From assembly GCA_028702135.1 (NCBI GenBank), contig JAQVPJ010000010.1:3114-67113 (forward strand): a stretch of 64,000 nt of DNA, written 5' to 3'. The translations under genes were made by a program, and so were the position numbers. The notes under the pieces were generated by a model. The model worked only from the letters and a program-made list of their open reading frames with translations, was not told the DNA's origin and did no database searches. This stretch comes from Eubacteriales bacterium (GTDB taxonomy: Bacteria > Bacillota > Clostridia > Oscillospirales > CAG-382). Below are positions 17,121 to 27,002 of the stretch, one piece after another; the first letter of the stretch is position 1, and each line of letters starts with the position of its first letter.

Positions 17121-18157
17121 TCCGCAATATCTGCTATAACCTGTTCGTCAACTGTGCCTTTTTTCTCATATTCCGTTAAATCTGTTTTCCCAGCAGATTG
17201 CATAAATAGGTGATTAAGATTATTGTATAATATAAAACTGACATTACTTTTCCCTGCAAAAATATCCTGATATGCTTTATAATCGATTTCGGTATATACT
17301 TGGAAATCAGCATCACCCTGTAAAATTAACATAGGTTTATCAAGTTTTTCATAAATTGTAATATCATTAATTTTTCTAAGGCTTAACCAATAACTTGAGG
17401 GAACATTGAATAAAAATAATGATGGGTCGCCCTCTTTAATATCCTTAACCATCTTAATATATTTTTCTACTTCGTCTTTCATTGCTTTTTTTTGAATATC
17501 TGTTTTGTCGGTCAATGCGTTGATTGCCGCTATGTTTTGATCCAATATTAAATCCTCAAGGTTTCTTGGTGTGCCGGCCATTGAAATAATGCCGGAAACC
17601 TCACTTATTGTATGTGAGATATAGGGCACGAGTTTTCCTCCGAGACTGTGTCCGAGAATAAATATCTTGCTGTTTTCTGTCGCTTTGTTTTGCTGCGCAA
17701 AATCTATTGCTTGATACACATCGTTAAGAACCTCGTCTTCTATCGTGATGTTTTTCGGAGCGGTTTCGGGGTATTGATAATAACGCTTGTTATATCGAAT
17801 ACTGGCAACTCCTTGTTTGGCAAGGCCTTCCGCAATATCCTTGAACGGCGTATTTTTATAAATGGTTTCGTTGTAATCACTTTGCCCGGAACCTTGAATC
17901 ATAATTACAACAGGAGGGTTTTCAACTCCCTTAGGTAAGCACAATATTCCGGTCAGCGCATATGGAGAGCTTCCGATTTTTATTTCCGAGCAATCAAAGC
18001 CATCGTCAACCGAGGAAATAAGGGGGATGCCGGAGTATTCGGATGGTTCAGTATCGCTAATAACGCAATCAGAGTTATCGTTCACGACGGTATTTTTACA
18101 TCCGCCGATAAAAAAAATAAAGCAGCTTAAAAAAGCGAAAATATGTTTTTTACTCAT
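17093..18157 (-). CDS. Secreted alpha/beta-hydrolase lipoprotein
   Basis: The start at MSKKHIFAFLSCFIFFIGGC gives a lipobox. The nucleophile elbow is ILGHSLGG and the oxyanion region is VIMIQGSG. The stop overlaps the peptidase start by 28 nt. Confidence 0.75.
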   Translation of the reverse strand: MSKKHIFAFLSCFIFFIGGCKNTVVNDNSDCVISDTEPSEYSGIPLISSVDDGFDCSEIKIGSSPYALTGILCLPKGVENPPVVIMIQGSGQSDYNETIYKNTPFKDIAEGLAKQGVASIRYNKRYYQYPETAPKNITIEDEVLNDVYQAIDFAQQNKATENSKIFILGHSLGGKLVPYISHTISEVSGIISMAGTPRNLEDLILDQNIAAINALTDKTDIQKKAMKDEVEKYIKMVKDIKEGDPSLFLFNVPSSYWLSLRKINDITIYEKLDKPMLILQGDADFQVYTEIDYKAYQDIFAGKSNVSFILYNNLNHLFMQSAGKTDLTEYEKKGTVDEQVIADIAEWILQIERG

Positions 18158-18292
18158 TATAAACATCCCCTGTCTAAATATTATCATCATCAGTATATCA
18201 CATAGTAACAGAAATTTCAATGTTCGGAAAAATTATAAACGAAAAAAAACGAGGCTGTAAAAACAACCCCGTCTGATAAATAAACTTTTTTA

Positions 18293-19471
18293 TTACTTTG
18301 TGATTCTTGCCACACCTGTTTTGATAGCGGCTTCCGAAACAGCTCTTGCAACAGCGGAGGCGACATTCTTGTCAAGTGCGCTGGGAATGATATATTCGGT
18401 GTTTAGTTTGTCCTCTGAAACAAATGAAGCGATAGCGTAAGCGGCGGCGATCTTCATCTCGTCGTTTATCTCGCTCGCCCTGACGTCAAGTGCACCTCTG
18501 AAAATACCGGGGAACGCGAGAACGTTGTTTATCTGGTTGGGGAAGTCGCTTCTTCCCGTTCCGATAACAGCAGCACCTGCTGCCTTTGCAAGGTCGGGCA
18601 TAATCTCCGGTACCGGGTTTGCCATCGGGAACAGAATCGGGTCTTTTGCCATTTTTTTGACCATATCGGGAGTTACGCATCCGGGTGCGGAAACACCGAT
18701 GAACACGTCTGCGCCGACAAGAACCTCCTCAAGCGTACCTTTTATCATATGGCGGTTTGTTATCTTTGCCATTTCGAACTTCTCGGCGTTTAAGCCCTCT
18801 CTGCCCTCATAAATCGCACCGGTCCTGTCGCAAAGAACGACATCTTTCAAGCCGACAGATATAAGAAGGCGAATTATCGCAATTCCTGCTGCACCCGCTC
18901 CGCTTGTGACAACTCTGATCTCGTCGAGCTTTTTGCCGGTGAGCTTAAGAGCGTTTATCATAGCGGCAAGCGTAACCACCGCTGTTCCGTGCTGGTCGTC
19001 GTGGAATATGGGAATGTCGCAGCATTCCTTTAATCTTCTCTCAATTTCAAAGCATCGAGGTGCGGAAATATCCTCAAGGTTTATTCCGCCAAAGCTTCCC
19101 GCAAGCAGTCTTACGGTGTTTACAATCTCATCGACATCCTTTGAGCGGATACAAAGCGGGAAAGCGTCCACATCGCCGAAGGACTTGAAAAGCGCACATT
19201 TGCCCTCCATAACCGGCATACCCGCCTCGGGACCGATATCACCCAATCCGAGAACGGCAGTACCGTCGGTAACAACCGCTACAAGGTTATTGCGTCTTGT
19301 AAGCTCGTAGCTTTTGTTTACGTCATTCTGTATTTCAAGGCAGGGTTGCGCTACTCCCGGCGTATAAGCGAGTGAAAGATCATCTCTTGTGTTTAACGGA
19401 GCGCGGCACACAACCTCAATTTTACCGTTCCATTCATAATGCTTTTTTAAGGATTCCTCTGCATAGTTCAT
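18293..19471 (-). CDS. NAD(P)-dependent malic enzyme (short form)
   Basis: LSLAYTPGVAQPC, VVTDGTAVLGLGDIGP, GGINLEDISAPRCFEIE and TSGAGAAGIA, over a ~390-aa single malic-enzyme module. Confidence 0.9.
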   Translation of the reverse strand: MNYAEESLKKHYEWNGKIEVVCRAPLNTRDDLSLAYTPGVAQPCLEIQNDVNKSYELTRRNNLVAVVTDGTAVLGLGDIGPEAGMPVMEGKCALFKSFGDVDAFPLCIRSKDVDEIVNTVRLLAGSFGGINLEDISAPRCFEIERRLKECCDIPIFHDDQHGTAVVTLAAMINALKLTGKKLDEIRVVTSGAGAAGIAIIRLLISVGLKDVVLCDRTGAIYEGREGLNAEKFEMAKITNRHMIKGTLEEVLVGADVFIGVSAPGCVTPDMVKKMAKDPILFPMANPVPEIMPDLAKAAGAAVIGTGRSDFPNQINNVLAFPGIFRGALDVRASEINDEMKIAAAYAIASFVSEDKLNTEYIIPSALDKNVASAVARAVSEAAIKTGVARITK

Positions 19472-19492
19472 TTTATTTTCGCCTTTCCTGTC

Positions 19493-20440
19493 TTATATTG
19501 TAAGCTGATTTAAAAGATTCTTCAATACCCGTGCACTCTCTCTGAGCTTCTCTTCCTCCTCCGGAGTAATCGGGGGAGTTACCTCACGTCTGATACCTTT
19601 TATTCCGATTACGAAAGGAAGGCTGAGGCATACATCGTTGATGCCGTAACGGTTCTTTATCATGCCGGAAACCGTAACGCAGGTATTGAGATCCTGAAAT
19701 ATACTCTCGACAAGCTGTGCGACCGACATAGCAACACCGTAATATGTAGCGCCCTTATATGCGATAACCTTTCCGCCCGCAGTTTTTACCTCTTGTTCTA
19801 TCGCGTTTCGGTCTAAAGTTACGCCTTCGTCCGCCAAATCAGAGAGATATTTGAAGCCCTCGTCGATCTGCAGACCGACAGCGGCGGTGAGTGACCATGG
19901 AATCATTGAGGAATCCCCGTGCTCACCGAATACATATGCGTGCACATTCTTGTAGTTCATATGAAGCTTGTCGCCGAGAGCGGTGCGCAATCTTGAGGTA
20001 TCCAGCATCGTGCCGGAGCCTATTACCTGCTTTTCGGATAAACCGCAGCCTTTAATGAGCGTATATGTGATTATGTCAACCGGATTGCTGACAACAAGGT
20101 AAACTGCATCAGGGCAGACCTCCTTGATTTCGGGAATAACTGATTTAACGATATTGATGTTTGTCTGTGCAAGGTCAAGACGCGACTGTCCCGGTTTTCT
20201 TGCGATACCGAGAGTAACTATAACGATATGCGAATTCTTTGCATCAGCGGCTTCTCCCGAAAAAATCTTGACAGGGTTACCGAACGGTGTTCCCTGTACT
20301 ATGTCAAGGGCTTCCCCGACACTCTTGTCTTTGTTGATGTCAATAAGGACGATTTCGGAGCATAAAGCCCTTAACGAGAGAGTATATGCGATTGTGGCAC
20401 CGACATTTCCGGCACCGAGGATAGTAATTTTTTTTCTCAT
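19493..20440 (-). CDS. LDH/MDH-family L-2-hydroxyacid dehydrogenase (LDH scaffold with Arg at the substrate-discriminating position)
   Basis: ITILGAGNVGATIAYTL (NAD fold), VFGEHGDSSMIPW (LDH-type catalytic His loop) and TLGIARKPGQSRLDL. In the last motif, Arg aligns with Gln102 of the canonical LDH sequence AGANQKPGETRLDL. The start could be 20440 or 20458. Confidence 0.8.
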   Translation of the reverse strand: MRKKITILGAGNVGATIAYTLSLRALCSEIVLIDINKDKSVGEALDIVQGTPFGNPVKIFSGEAADAKNSHIVIVTLGIARKPGQSRLDLAQTNINIVKSVIPEIKEVCPDAVYLVVSNPVDIITYTLIKGCGLSEKQVIGSGTMLDTSRLRTALGDKLHMNYKNVHAYVFGEHGDSSMIPWSLTAAVGLQIDEGFKYLSDLADEGVTLDRNAIEQEVKTAGGKVIAYKGATYYGVAMSVAQLVESIFQDLNTCVTVSGMIKNRYGINDVCLSLPFVIGIKGIRREVTPPITPEEEEKLRESARVLKNLLNQLTI

Positions 20441-20633
20441 TTTTGCGATTATCCACACATCGTGTGAATTGTTCTCTTCTCCCTTTATAATTAGATTTTA
20501 ATTTAACCATTTTACTAAAAAAACAGGGATATAAATCCGTGTATTTTCAACTATTATTATACCATAATATGCAATCAGTGTCAAGGTTGCGGCTATGCAC
20601 GCATATGAAGTGTTTTGCCCTGAAAAGCTAAAA

Positions 20634-20656
20634 TTATTGTGCGATTTCCACAATAA
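20634..20656. promoter_or_regulatory. 23-bp inverted repeat TTATTGTG-N7-CACAATAA (weak terminator of the AraC gene and/or an operator upstream of the dehydrogenase promoter)
   Basis: Perfect 8-bp arms. On the minus strand it is followed by ttttagctttt and lies about 50 nt upstream of TTGACA-17-TATAAT for the 20440 gene. Confidence 0.4.
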
Positions 20657-20676
20657 AAGGGTAGCTTTATAGTAAA

Positions 20677-21567
20677 TTATAACTGTAAATCTCCTCTTAC
20701 CTGAGATGGAGTAAGACCGGTTATTTTCTTGAATATCCTGTTGAAAAGAGTGATGTTGTTATAACCTGATTCGGCAGCGATACTATCAACGGTTTTGTTT
20801 GTTGTTTTAAGCAGCTCGCGCGCACGGCTGATGCGTTTTATATTAATGTATTCCCAAGGGGACATTCCGGTCATTTGTTTGAACAACGCTCCGAAATAGG
20901 TCTGACTGAAGCCGGCGGTGGCTGATAATTCCTCAAGTGTCAGGTCCTTTGCATAATTCTGTTCAATGTATTCGACGGAGCGGTTTATATACAAAAATTT
21001 CTCGTAAGTAAGCAGAATCACCTCGCTTTTACTTCTTTTTGTGTCAAATTGCCTGACAAAGCAGGTTAGTATCTCAAAGAGGTACAGCTTAACCATAGTT
21101 TCATAGGAATCTTTTCCGTCACGGAATTCGTTCTCCATTTTTAACATAAGTTCCGTTATCCGTTCCGCCGATTCGGATTTCTGAGGAAGGCGGTTAACAA
21201 AATCTCTGCTGCGGCTAAGGAAAATTTCCATTATGCGTTTTACAGGTATTATGTTATTGCACATCCATAAAAAGCGGGGATCGATATGTATGTTCAAAAT
21301 CTGCATATTTTCGGGTTCTGATATGCGTGTGATATAATGCTCCTCGTTTGTTCCGAAAAAGAAAACATCACCGGGTTTTATTTCATATTCGTGGTTACGG
21401 GTCTTGTAAAAACCGCGTCCGCTTTTAAAAAGCGAAAGCTCGATGCAGGTATGGCAATGTTTGCGAAGAAATCTGTTCTGCGGCGGTACGGAGGAGTTAT
21501 AGAGCCTTATGGCTTCATAATCATATCCGGATGCGCCGGAATGTAGACGGTATTCCGATGTTATCAT
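20677..21567 (-). CDS. AraC-family transcriptional regulator (cupin sensor plus HTH)
   Basis: The N-terminus is cupin-like (HCHTCIELSLFKSGRGFY...GDVFFFGTNEEHYI). The C-terminus has the AraC HTH pair (LTLEELSATAGFSQTYFGALFKQMTGMSPWEYINIKRISRARELL...ESGYNNITLFNRIFKKITGLTPSQ). It is divergent from the sugar-acid operon. Confidence 0.85.
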   Translation of the reverse strand: MITSEYRLHSGASGYDYEAIRLYNSSVPPQNRFLRKHCHTCIELSLFKSGRGFYKTRNHEYEIKPGDVFFFGTNEEHYITRISEPENMQILNIHIDPRFLWMCNNIIPVKRIMEIFLSRSRDFVNRLPQKSESAERITELMLKMENEFRDGKDSYETMVKLYLFEILTCFVRQFDTKRSKSEVILLTYEKFLYINRSVEYIEQNYAKDLTLEELSATAGFSQTYFGALFKQMTGMSPWEYINIKRISRARELLKTTNKTVDSIAAESGYNNITLFNRIFKKITGLTPSQVRGDLQL

Positions 21568-21734
21568 TTTAAAACCCTCTTTAAAAAATAGTGTAAAAGT
21601 GCAGGTAATAATTACAAAGTATATAGACATGGATTTTACATTGTGGTATATTACATATAAGGAATTCTATAACTTATTCTCACTCTTTGTCAAGTGTTTA
21701 AATAAAAAAAGCAATAAAAAGGAAAATAAGAGTT

Positions 21735-23102
21735 ATGATACAGCCAGAGAATTTAATATGTGAAAATGTTAATACCTATTCGTCACCCTCCGAACTCAAA
21801 ATCACGGATATACGCACGGCGCACATAACCGGCGCACCTAAAAACTGTATTCTTTTGAAGATTATGACAAATCAGGGAATTGTCGGATATGGTGAGATCA
21901 GGGATGCTTCGAGCAAGACATACGCTCTTATGCTGAAGAGCCGCATTCTCGGCGAGAATCCCTGCAATGTAGACAAGATTTTTCGTAAAATAAAGCAGTT
22001 TGGCGGCGACTCAAGGCAGGGTGGCGGTGTTTCTGGCGTGGAGATCGCCTTATGGGACCTTGCCGGTAAAGCATGGAACGTGCCTTTATGGCAGATGCTC
22101 GGCGGAAAGTACCGCGACAGGGTACGCGTCTACGGGGATACCGATGTTGAGGGAAATCATTCCGGGCATGATATGGGTCTTGCTTTGAAGAAGCGTATGG
22201 AGATGGGATTTACATTACTGAAAATGGATTTTGGCATAGGTCTTTTACTCGACGAGCCGGGAACGATATGTGCGCCGCTCGGTTTTATAGACGAGATGAA
22301 GAAATACGCTCCCCATATCCTCAATGTGCAGTCCGGTTCGGTGAGTGCGGATATGGTGCGCCGCAGGAGCTACGATATAGTAACCACAGCACACCCGTTT
22401 ACCGGAATACATATTACCGAAAAGGGGCTCGATTTTCTTGAAAATTATGTTGCGGAAGCCCGTGATGTCGTCGGGTACGAAATCCCGATCGCATTAGATC
22501 ACTTTGGTCATGTGTGCATAGAAGACTGTATACGCTTTTCACGCAGGATGGAGAAGTATAATATAGCCTGGCTTGAGGATATGGCTCCCTGGATTTATCC
22601 CGACCAGCTTGCCCGCCTTAAGCGTTCGACTGCCATACCGGTATGCACAGGCGAGGATATATATTTAAAAGAAGGATTTGAGAGAATCATTGACGCCGAT
22701 GCCGTTTCCATTATCCACCCCGACATACTTACCTGCGGCGGAGCGATGGAGCTCAAAAAGATTGCTGATTACGCGGACGACCGCGGTGTTGCGGTCGCCA
22801 TACATATGGCTGAGAGCCCAATCGCTTGTATGGCAGCGGTTCATGCTGCTGCCGCTATGCACAATAATCTTGCCGTGGAGTTCCATTCTGTTGACTGCCC
22901 TTGGTGGAAAGATATCGTAACCGGTCTGCCGGAAGAATTTTTTAAAGAAGGATTTGTTGACGTGCCGGACAAGCCCGGTCTGAGTATCGACGGGTTATGC
23001 GACGAGGTTATAGCAGAGCATATAAATCCCTCCGATCCCGGTCTTTGGCTGCCGACTGAAATGTGGGATATAGAATTTTCAAACGATAGAATTTGGAGCT
23101 GA
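21735..23102 (+). CDS. Enolase-superfamily enzyme (mandelate racemase/muconate lactonizing family; acid-sugar dehydratase-like)
   Basis: An N-terminal capping domain (ITDIRTAHITGAP...GIVGYGEIRD) is followed by barrel metal ligands in ALDHFGH, WLEDMAP and TGEDIY, then HPDILTCGG. Confidence 0.8.
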   Translation: MIQPENLICENVNTYSSPSELKITDIRTAHITGAPKNCILLKIMTNQGIVGYGEIRDASSKTYALMLKSRILGENPCNVDKIFRKIKQFGGDSRQGGGVSGVEIALWDLAGKAWNVPLWQMLGGKYRDRVRVYGDTDVEGNHSGHDMGLALKKRMEMGFTLLKMDFGIGLLLDEPGTICAPLGFIDEMKKYAPHILNVQSGSVSADMVRRRSYDIVTTAHPFTGIHITEKGLDFLENYVAEARDVVGYEIPIALDHFGHVCIEDCIRFSRRMEKYNIAWLEDMAPWIYPDQLARLKRSTAIPVCTGEDIYLKEGFERIIDADAVSIIHPDILTCGGAMELKKIADYADDRGVAVAIHMAESPIACMAAVHAAAAMHNNLAVEFHSVDCPWWKDIVTGLPEEFFKEGFVDVPDKPGLSIDGLCDEVIAEHINPSDPGLWLPTEMWDIEFSNDRIWS

Positions 23103-23116
23103 AAAGAGGTAGTTTT

Positions 23117-24019
23117 ATGCGTTTTAACAATAAGGATGATATAATCGCACTTACGCCTGAATGGAAAGGCGAAAGAATGAAGGACGGCAGACCATATGTT
23201 GCAGATAAATATCTGGAAGCGCTCAGGGGTATGACACTCGAAGAGGTATGGAAGCCCATTTTTGTGCTCGGATATGAAAGTCAGTTCGAGGGTCGCTTGA
23301 AAACACTGCATAACGACGGCAGAAAGCTCATCGGCAGAGCGGTTACCTGCTCCTTTTGTCCGACCCGTCCCGACCTGCATGAGGTTATGTTCGGCATAGG
23401 GGCATCGGAGGGCAGAAAGGGTAATTACAATCAATGGGTTATCGACAGCCTTGTCGAGGGGGACGTTGTCGTCGCCGATATGTACGATAAAATATACAAG
23501 GGAACATTTTTGGGCGGAAACCTCACTACCGCAATAGCTTCAAAGACAAAAACCGGCGGCGGTGTGATTTGGGGCGGAGTGCGTGATGTGGAGCAGATGG
23601 AAAAAGTTCCGGGAGTGCAGGTATATTACCGCGGGATAGATCCGACGCCAATTCGTGATTTTGTGATGACCGGTTTTAACAGCGTAACAAGAATCGGAAA
23701 TGCTGTGTGTCTGCCCGGAGATATAGTGTTCGGAGCGGGCGGCGGCGTCCTGTTTATTCCCTCGCATCTTGTTGCCGATGTGGTTGAAGGAGCTGCAAAG
23801 ACGCATGTTAAGGACGATTTCGGTTTTGAAATGATTGGGCAGAACAAATTTACAACTGCGCAGATAGACAAGAACACTTGGACAAAGGAAATGCTCGATA
23901 TGCTTATGGGTTTTATAAAAAATGATCCGCGCGGAGCCGAATATCGTGACCTTGATTGGTCAAAGGAATATGATCTTGCCATAAACGGTGACCCGAACGA
24001 CACCCAAACTGCGCTTTGA
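23117..24019 (+). CDS. RraA-family protein (RraA / HMG-CHA aldolase fold) with an N-terminal extension
   Basis: GRAVTCSF...EGDVVVADMY...GTFLGGNLTTAIASKTKTGGGVIWGGVRDVEQM...GDIVFGAGGGVLFIPSHL matches the RraA-like signature. The start at MRFNNKD follows the RBS aagagg. Confidence 0.7.
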   Translation: MRFNNKDDIIALTPEWKGERMKDGRPYVADKYLEALRGMTLEEVWKPIFVLGYESQFEGRLKTLHNDGRKLIGRAVTCSFCPTRPDLHEVMFGIGASEGRKGNYNQWVIDSLVEGDVVVADMYDKIYKGTFLGGNLTTAIASKTKTGGGVIWGGVRDVEQMEKVPGVQVYYRGIDPTPIRDFVMTGFNSVTRIGNAVCLPGDIVFGAGGGVLFIPSHLVADVVEGAAKTHVKDDFGFEMIGQNKFTTAQIDKNTWTKEMLDMLMGFIKNDPRGAEYRDLDWSKEYDLAINGDPNDTQTAL

Positions 24020-24033
24020 ACAGGGGATAAGAA

Positions 24034-24726
24034 ATGGAAATAAAATGGATTGGACAGAGCGGCTATCTGCTTGATGACAAAACTACGAGGATACTTATCG
24101 ACCCATACCTTTCCGACATCGTGAACCGTGTTTCAAAACGCTCCCGTATGGTAGAGCCGCCGTTTTCGCCGGAGAGTTTTAAGGGCGACGCTGTAATATG
24201 TACTCATAACCATCTCGACCATCTTGACCCCGACGCTGTTTCAGGCTTTAATAAGAGTATGCTCTTTATATCTCCGCCGTCCTGTAAAGAACGGCTCTCG
24301 GGGCTCGGCTGCCAAAGAATCAAGACATTGAGCGTGGGTGATAGTATTACCGTCGGCAGTTTTACTATTACGGCGGTGAGTGCTTTTCACACCGTGGAAG
24401 CGATCGGGCTTATTGTGGAGAATAACGGCGTGCGGATGTATTTTTCCTCAGATACGCTTTTTGACGAGCGGCTTTTTGAGATAAAGAAATTCGAACCCGA
24501 TTTGATGTTCATCTGCATAAACGGCAGGCTCGGGAACATGAATGTTGATGAAGCGGTCAGGCTGACCGGAATAATCGGTCCCAGAGTAGGTATTCCAACG
24601 CATTACGGAATGTTCATAAGTAACACTGAGGACCCGGGGAAATACATCTCAAAGGTAAAACGCGGTTTTGAGATGGCTTTTAATAAAAATTATGATATAA
24701 ACGAGATTTTAGGAGGCTCTGTATGA
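24034..24726 (+). CDS. MBL-fold metallo-hydrolase (lactonase-like)
   Basis: HxHxDH motif as CTHNHLDHLD. There is a downstream SAFHT and a D in FSSDT, over ~230 aa. Confidence 0.75.
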   Translation: MEIKWIGQSGYLLDDKTTRILIDPYLSDIVNRVSKRSRMVEPPFSPESFKGDAVICTHNHLDHLDPDAVSGFNKSMLFISPPSCKERLSGLGCQRIKTLSVGDSITVGSFTITAVSAFHTVEAIGLIVENNGVRMYFSSDTLFDERLFEIKKFEPDLMFICINGRLGNMNVDEAVRLTGIIGPRVGIPTHYGMFISNTEDPGKYISKVKRGFEMAFNKNYDINEILGGSV

Positions 24727-25469
24727 CTTTTTCTCTATTCGGTAAACGTGCGCTCATTACCGGCTCAAGCAGGGGAATAGGCTCTGCGATAGCGGAAGAG
24801 CTTGCGAAAGCGGGAGCTGAGGTGGTACTGCATTGTTCTCATAATATACGTAAAGCGCAGGAAGTAAAGGAAAGGATAGAAAAAGCAGGCGGTGTGGTCG
24901 CTGATATTATTAGCGCAGACCTGACAAATGCCGTCGAAGCAGAAAAGCTTGCAAAAGCGGCAGGTGAGATAGATATTCTCGTGCTGAACGCCTCTTTGCA
25001 ATACCGGGTAAAGTGGGACAGGATAACGGCGAGTGAATTTGATGAGCAGATAAGATGCAACCTTTTCTCCTCGATGCTGCTGATGCAGAAGCTCGTTCCT
25101 CATATGCGCGAGCGGAAATGGGGGCGGATTATTACTATCGGGAGCGTACAGGAGATTAAACCGCATCCGGATATGCTCGTATATTCGGCATCCAAGTCGG
25201 CACAGACAAATATGGTAAAATCTCTTGCGGGACAGCTTGCTTCAGACGGAATAACGGTAAACAACGTAGCTCCGGGAGTTATTCTGACCGACAGGAACAC
25301 AGAAGCTCTCAGTGATTTTGAATATGCGTCGAGTGTTGCGTCTTCCATACCCGTCGGTTTTTTCGGCGAGAAGGAGGACTGTACCGGAATTGTTTTGTTT
25401 TTAGCCTCGGAGGAGAGCAGATATATAACAGGTCAGAGCATTTTCGTCGACGGGGGAAAAAGTCTTTAG
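24723..25469 (+). CDS. SDR-family oxidoreductase
   Basis: TGSSRGIGSAIA (TGxxxGIG), NASL, catalytic YSASKSA (YxxxK) and PGVILTD. It has a 4-nt overlap with the upstream gene. Confidence 0.9.
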   Translation: MTFSLFGKRALITGSSRGIGSAIAEELAKAGAEVVLHCSHNIRKAQEVKERIEKAGGVVADIISADLTNAVEAEKLAKAAGEIDILVLNASLQYRVKWDRITASEFDEQIRCNLFSSMLLMQKLVPHMRERKWGRIITIGSVQEIKPHPDMLVYSASKSAQTNMVKSLAGQLASDGITVNNVAPGVILTDRNTEALSDFEYASSVASSIPVGFFGEKEDCTGIVLFLASEESRYITGQSIFVDGGKSL

Positions 25470-25496
25470 AATAAATAAAAGGGATGGTGCAAAGCG

Positions 25497-26855
25497 ATGT
25501 CTGAAAGAATGGACGCGGTAATGAAGCCGTTTAGGGAAAATGAGGATTTTGTGCGGGAGAGAATAAATTACGGCATAGAACTCTACCGCAAGGGCTACAA
25601 TACGATAAGGTTTACCGACAAAGAGGGAAATCCGGTTACAAATGTAAAATTCAGCATTAAGCTGAAAAAGCACGATTACAAGTTCGGATGCAATATTTTC
25701 ATGCTTGACGAGTTTGAAAACGAAGATAAGAACGCCGAGTACCGAAAGCTATTCGGGGATACTTTTAATTACGCGACTGCTCCGTTTTACTGGAGGGATC
25801 TTGAGCCGGAAAAGGGAAAACCCCGTTACGACAAGTTCAGTCAAAAAGTTTACCGCCGTCCCGCACCTGATCTCGTACTCGAATACTGCGAGGAAAAAAA
25901 CATTGATGTAAAGGCGCACTGCATAGTTTACGACGCTTTTTCGCCCGACTGGCTTCCGCGAGAGGTGCCTCTTATAAAAAAAGAGTACGACAAGCATATG
26001 GCGGAGCTGAGCGCAAGGTATTCTGCGCGTATCGATGATTGGGAAATTATCAACGAAACTTTAAACTGGGAGATGTACGGCTATTCGCGTCTGAAGACCT
26101 CTGCATTTTTTCAGGAGGCGGATTACGAGACATGGAGCTACTTCGCCGCACGAAGAAACTTCCCTATAAATAATCTTTTGATAAATGCCGGCCCCTGCGA
26201 GGCGTTTTCGGACAGGCTTACCCGTTCGCATTATTATTATCAGCTTGAGTCGCTCGCATCGAAAGGTGTACATTATGACGGTATAGGAATGCAGGCGCAT
26301 ATTTTCTGCGACCGTAAGCATGAAGCGGATTTTATAAGCAAGTATTATAATCCCGTAAAAATGTATGATGTATTCGACGCCTATGAAAAATTCGGTTCGC
26401 CGATTCAGATATCGGAGCTGACCATACCGTCATACAACGGCGGTGTTGAGGATGAAGAGGTTCAGGCGGAGGAACTGAAAACACTTTACAGCCTTTGGTT
26501 TGCTCACAGAGCGACCGATTCTATCGTTTACTGGAATCTTGTCGACGGATACTCTTATGTTCCGGGTGGCGGTAAGGACACGCTGGGCGACCTGAATGCT
26601 GGCGAAAACATTTACGGCGGCGGGTTGATTCGTTTCGATATGACTCCAAAACCGGCTTTTCTGATGCTGAGAAACCTGATCAAAAACGAATGGTATACCG
26701 AGCTTGACTTGAATACGGGCGATTGCGACAGAGCGAAGTTTAAAGGCTTTTTCGGCATTTACGACCTTACATACATATATAACGGCAGGGAAGAACATAC
26801 CGAGTTTCACCTCGATAAGAGGAGCGACCTTGAGCATATTATTGTTTGCGACTAA
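25497..26855 (+). CDS. Cytoplasmic GH10-like glycoside hydrolase (xylanase family fold)
   Basis: No signal peptide. WRDLEPEKG; a WEIINET motif that looks like the acid/base region (compare WDVVNE); GIGMQAH; and an ISELTIPS motif that looks like the nucleophile region (compare ITELD). Confidence 0.6.
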   Translation: MSERMDAVMKPFRENEDFVRERINYGIELYRKGYNTIRFTDKEGNPVTNVKFSIKLKKHDYKFGCNIFMLDEFENEDKNAEYRKLFGDTFNYATAPFYWRDLEPEKGKPRYDKFSQKVYRRPAPDLVLEYCEEKNIDVKAHCIVYDAFSPDWLPREVPLIKKEYDKHMAELSARYSARIDDWEIINETLNWEMYGYSRLKTSAFFQEADYETWSYFAARRNFPINNLLINAGPCEAFSDRLTRSHYYYQLESLASKGVHYDGIGMQAHIFCDRKHEADFISKYYNPVKMYDVFDAYEKFGSPIQISELTIPSYNGGVEDEEVQAEELKTLYSLWFAHRATDSIVYWNLVDGYSYVPGGGKDTLGDLNAGENIYGGGLIRFDMTPKPAFLMLRNLIKNEWYTELDLNTGDCDRAKFKGFFGIYDLTYIYNGREEHTEFHLDKRSDLEHIIVCD

Positions 26856-27002
26856 AGCAGAACAGATATCTATATTAATAAAATAACCCCAAACAGATAT
26901 CCACGCTCCGACTTATCTGGAGCGTGGATATATGATTATTGGGTAAAATGCACAAAAATATATAAAACCGATAAAAATATTTGTTTCGTCCCACAAAAAC
27001 AC

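Noticed and set aside
22841-23434. 197-aa minus-strand ORF spanning the junction of the dehydratase and RraA-like genes.
   Set aside because: It is antisense to two well-supported plus-strand genes, has no recognisable motif or RBS, and has a composition typical of a shadow ORF.
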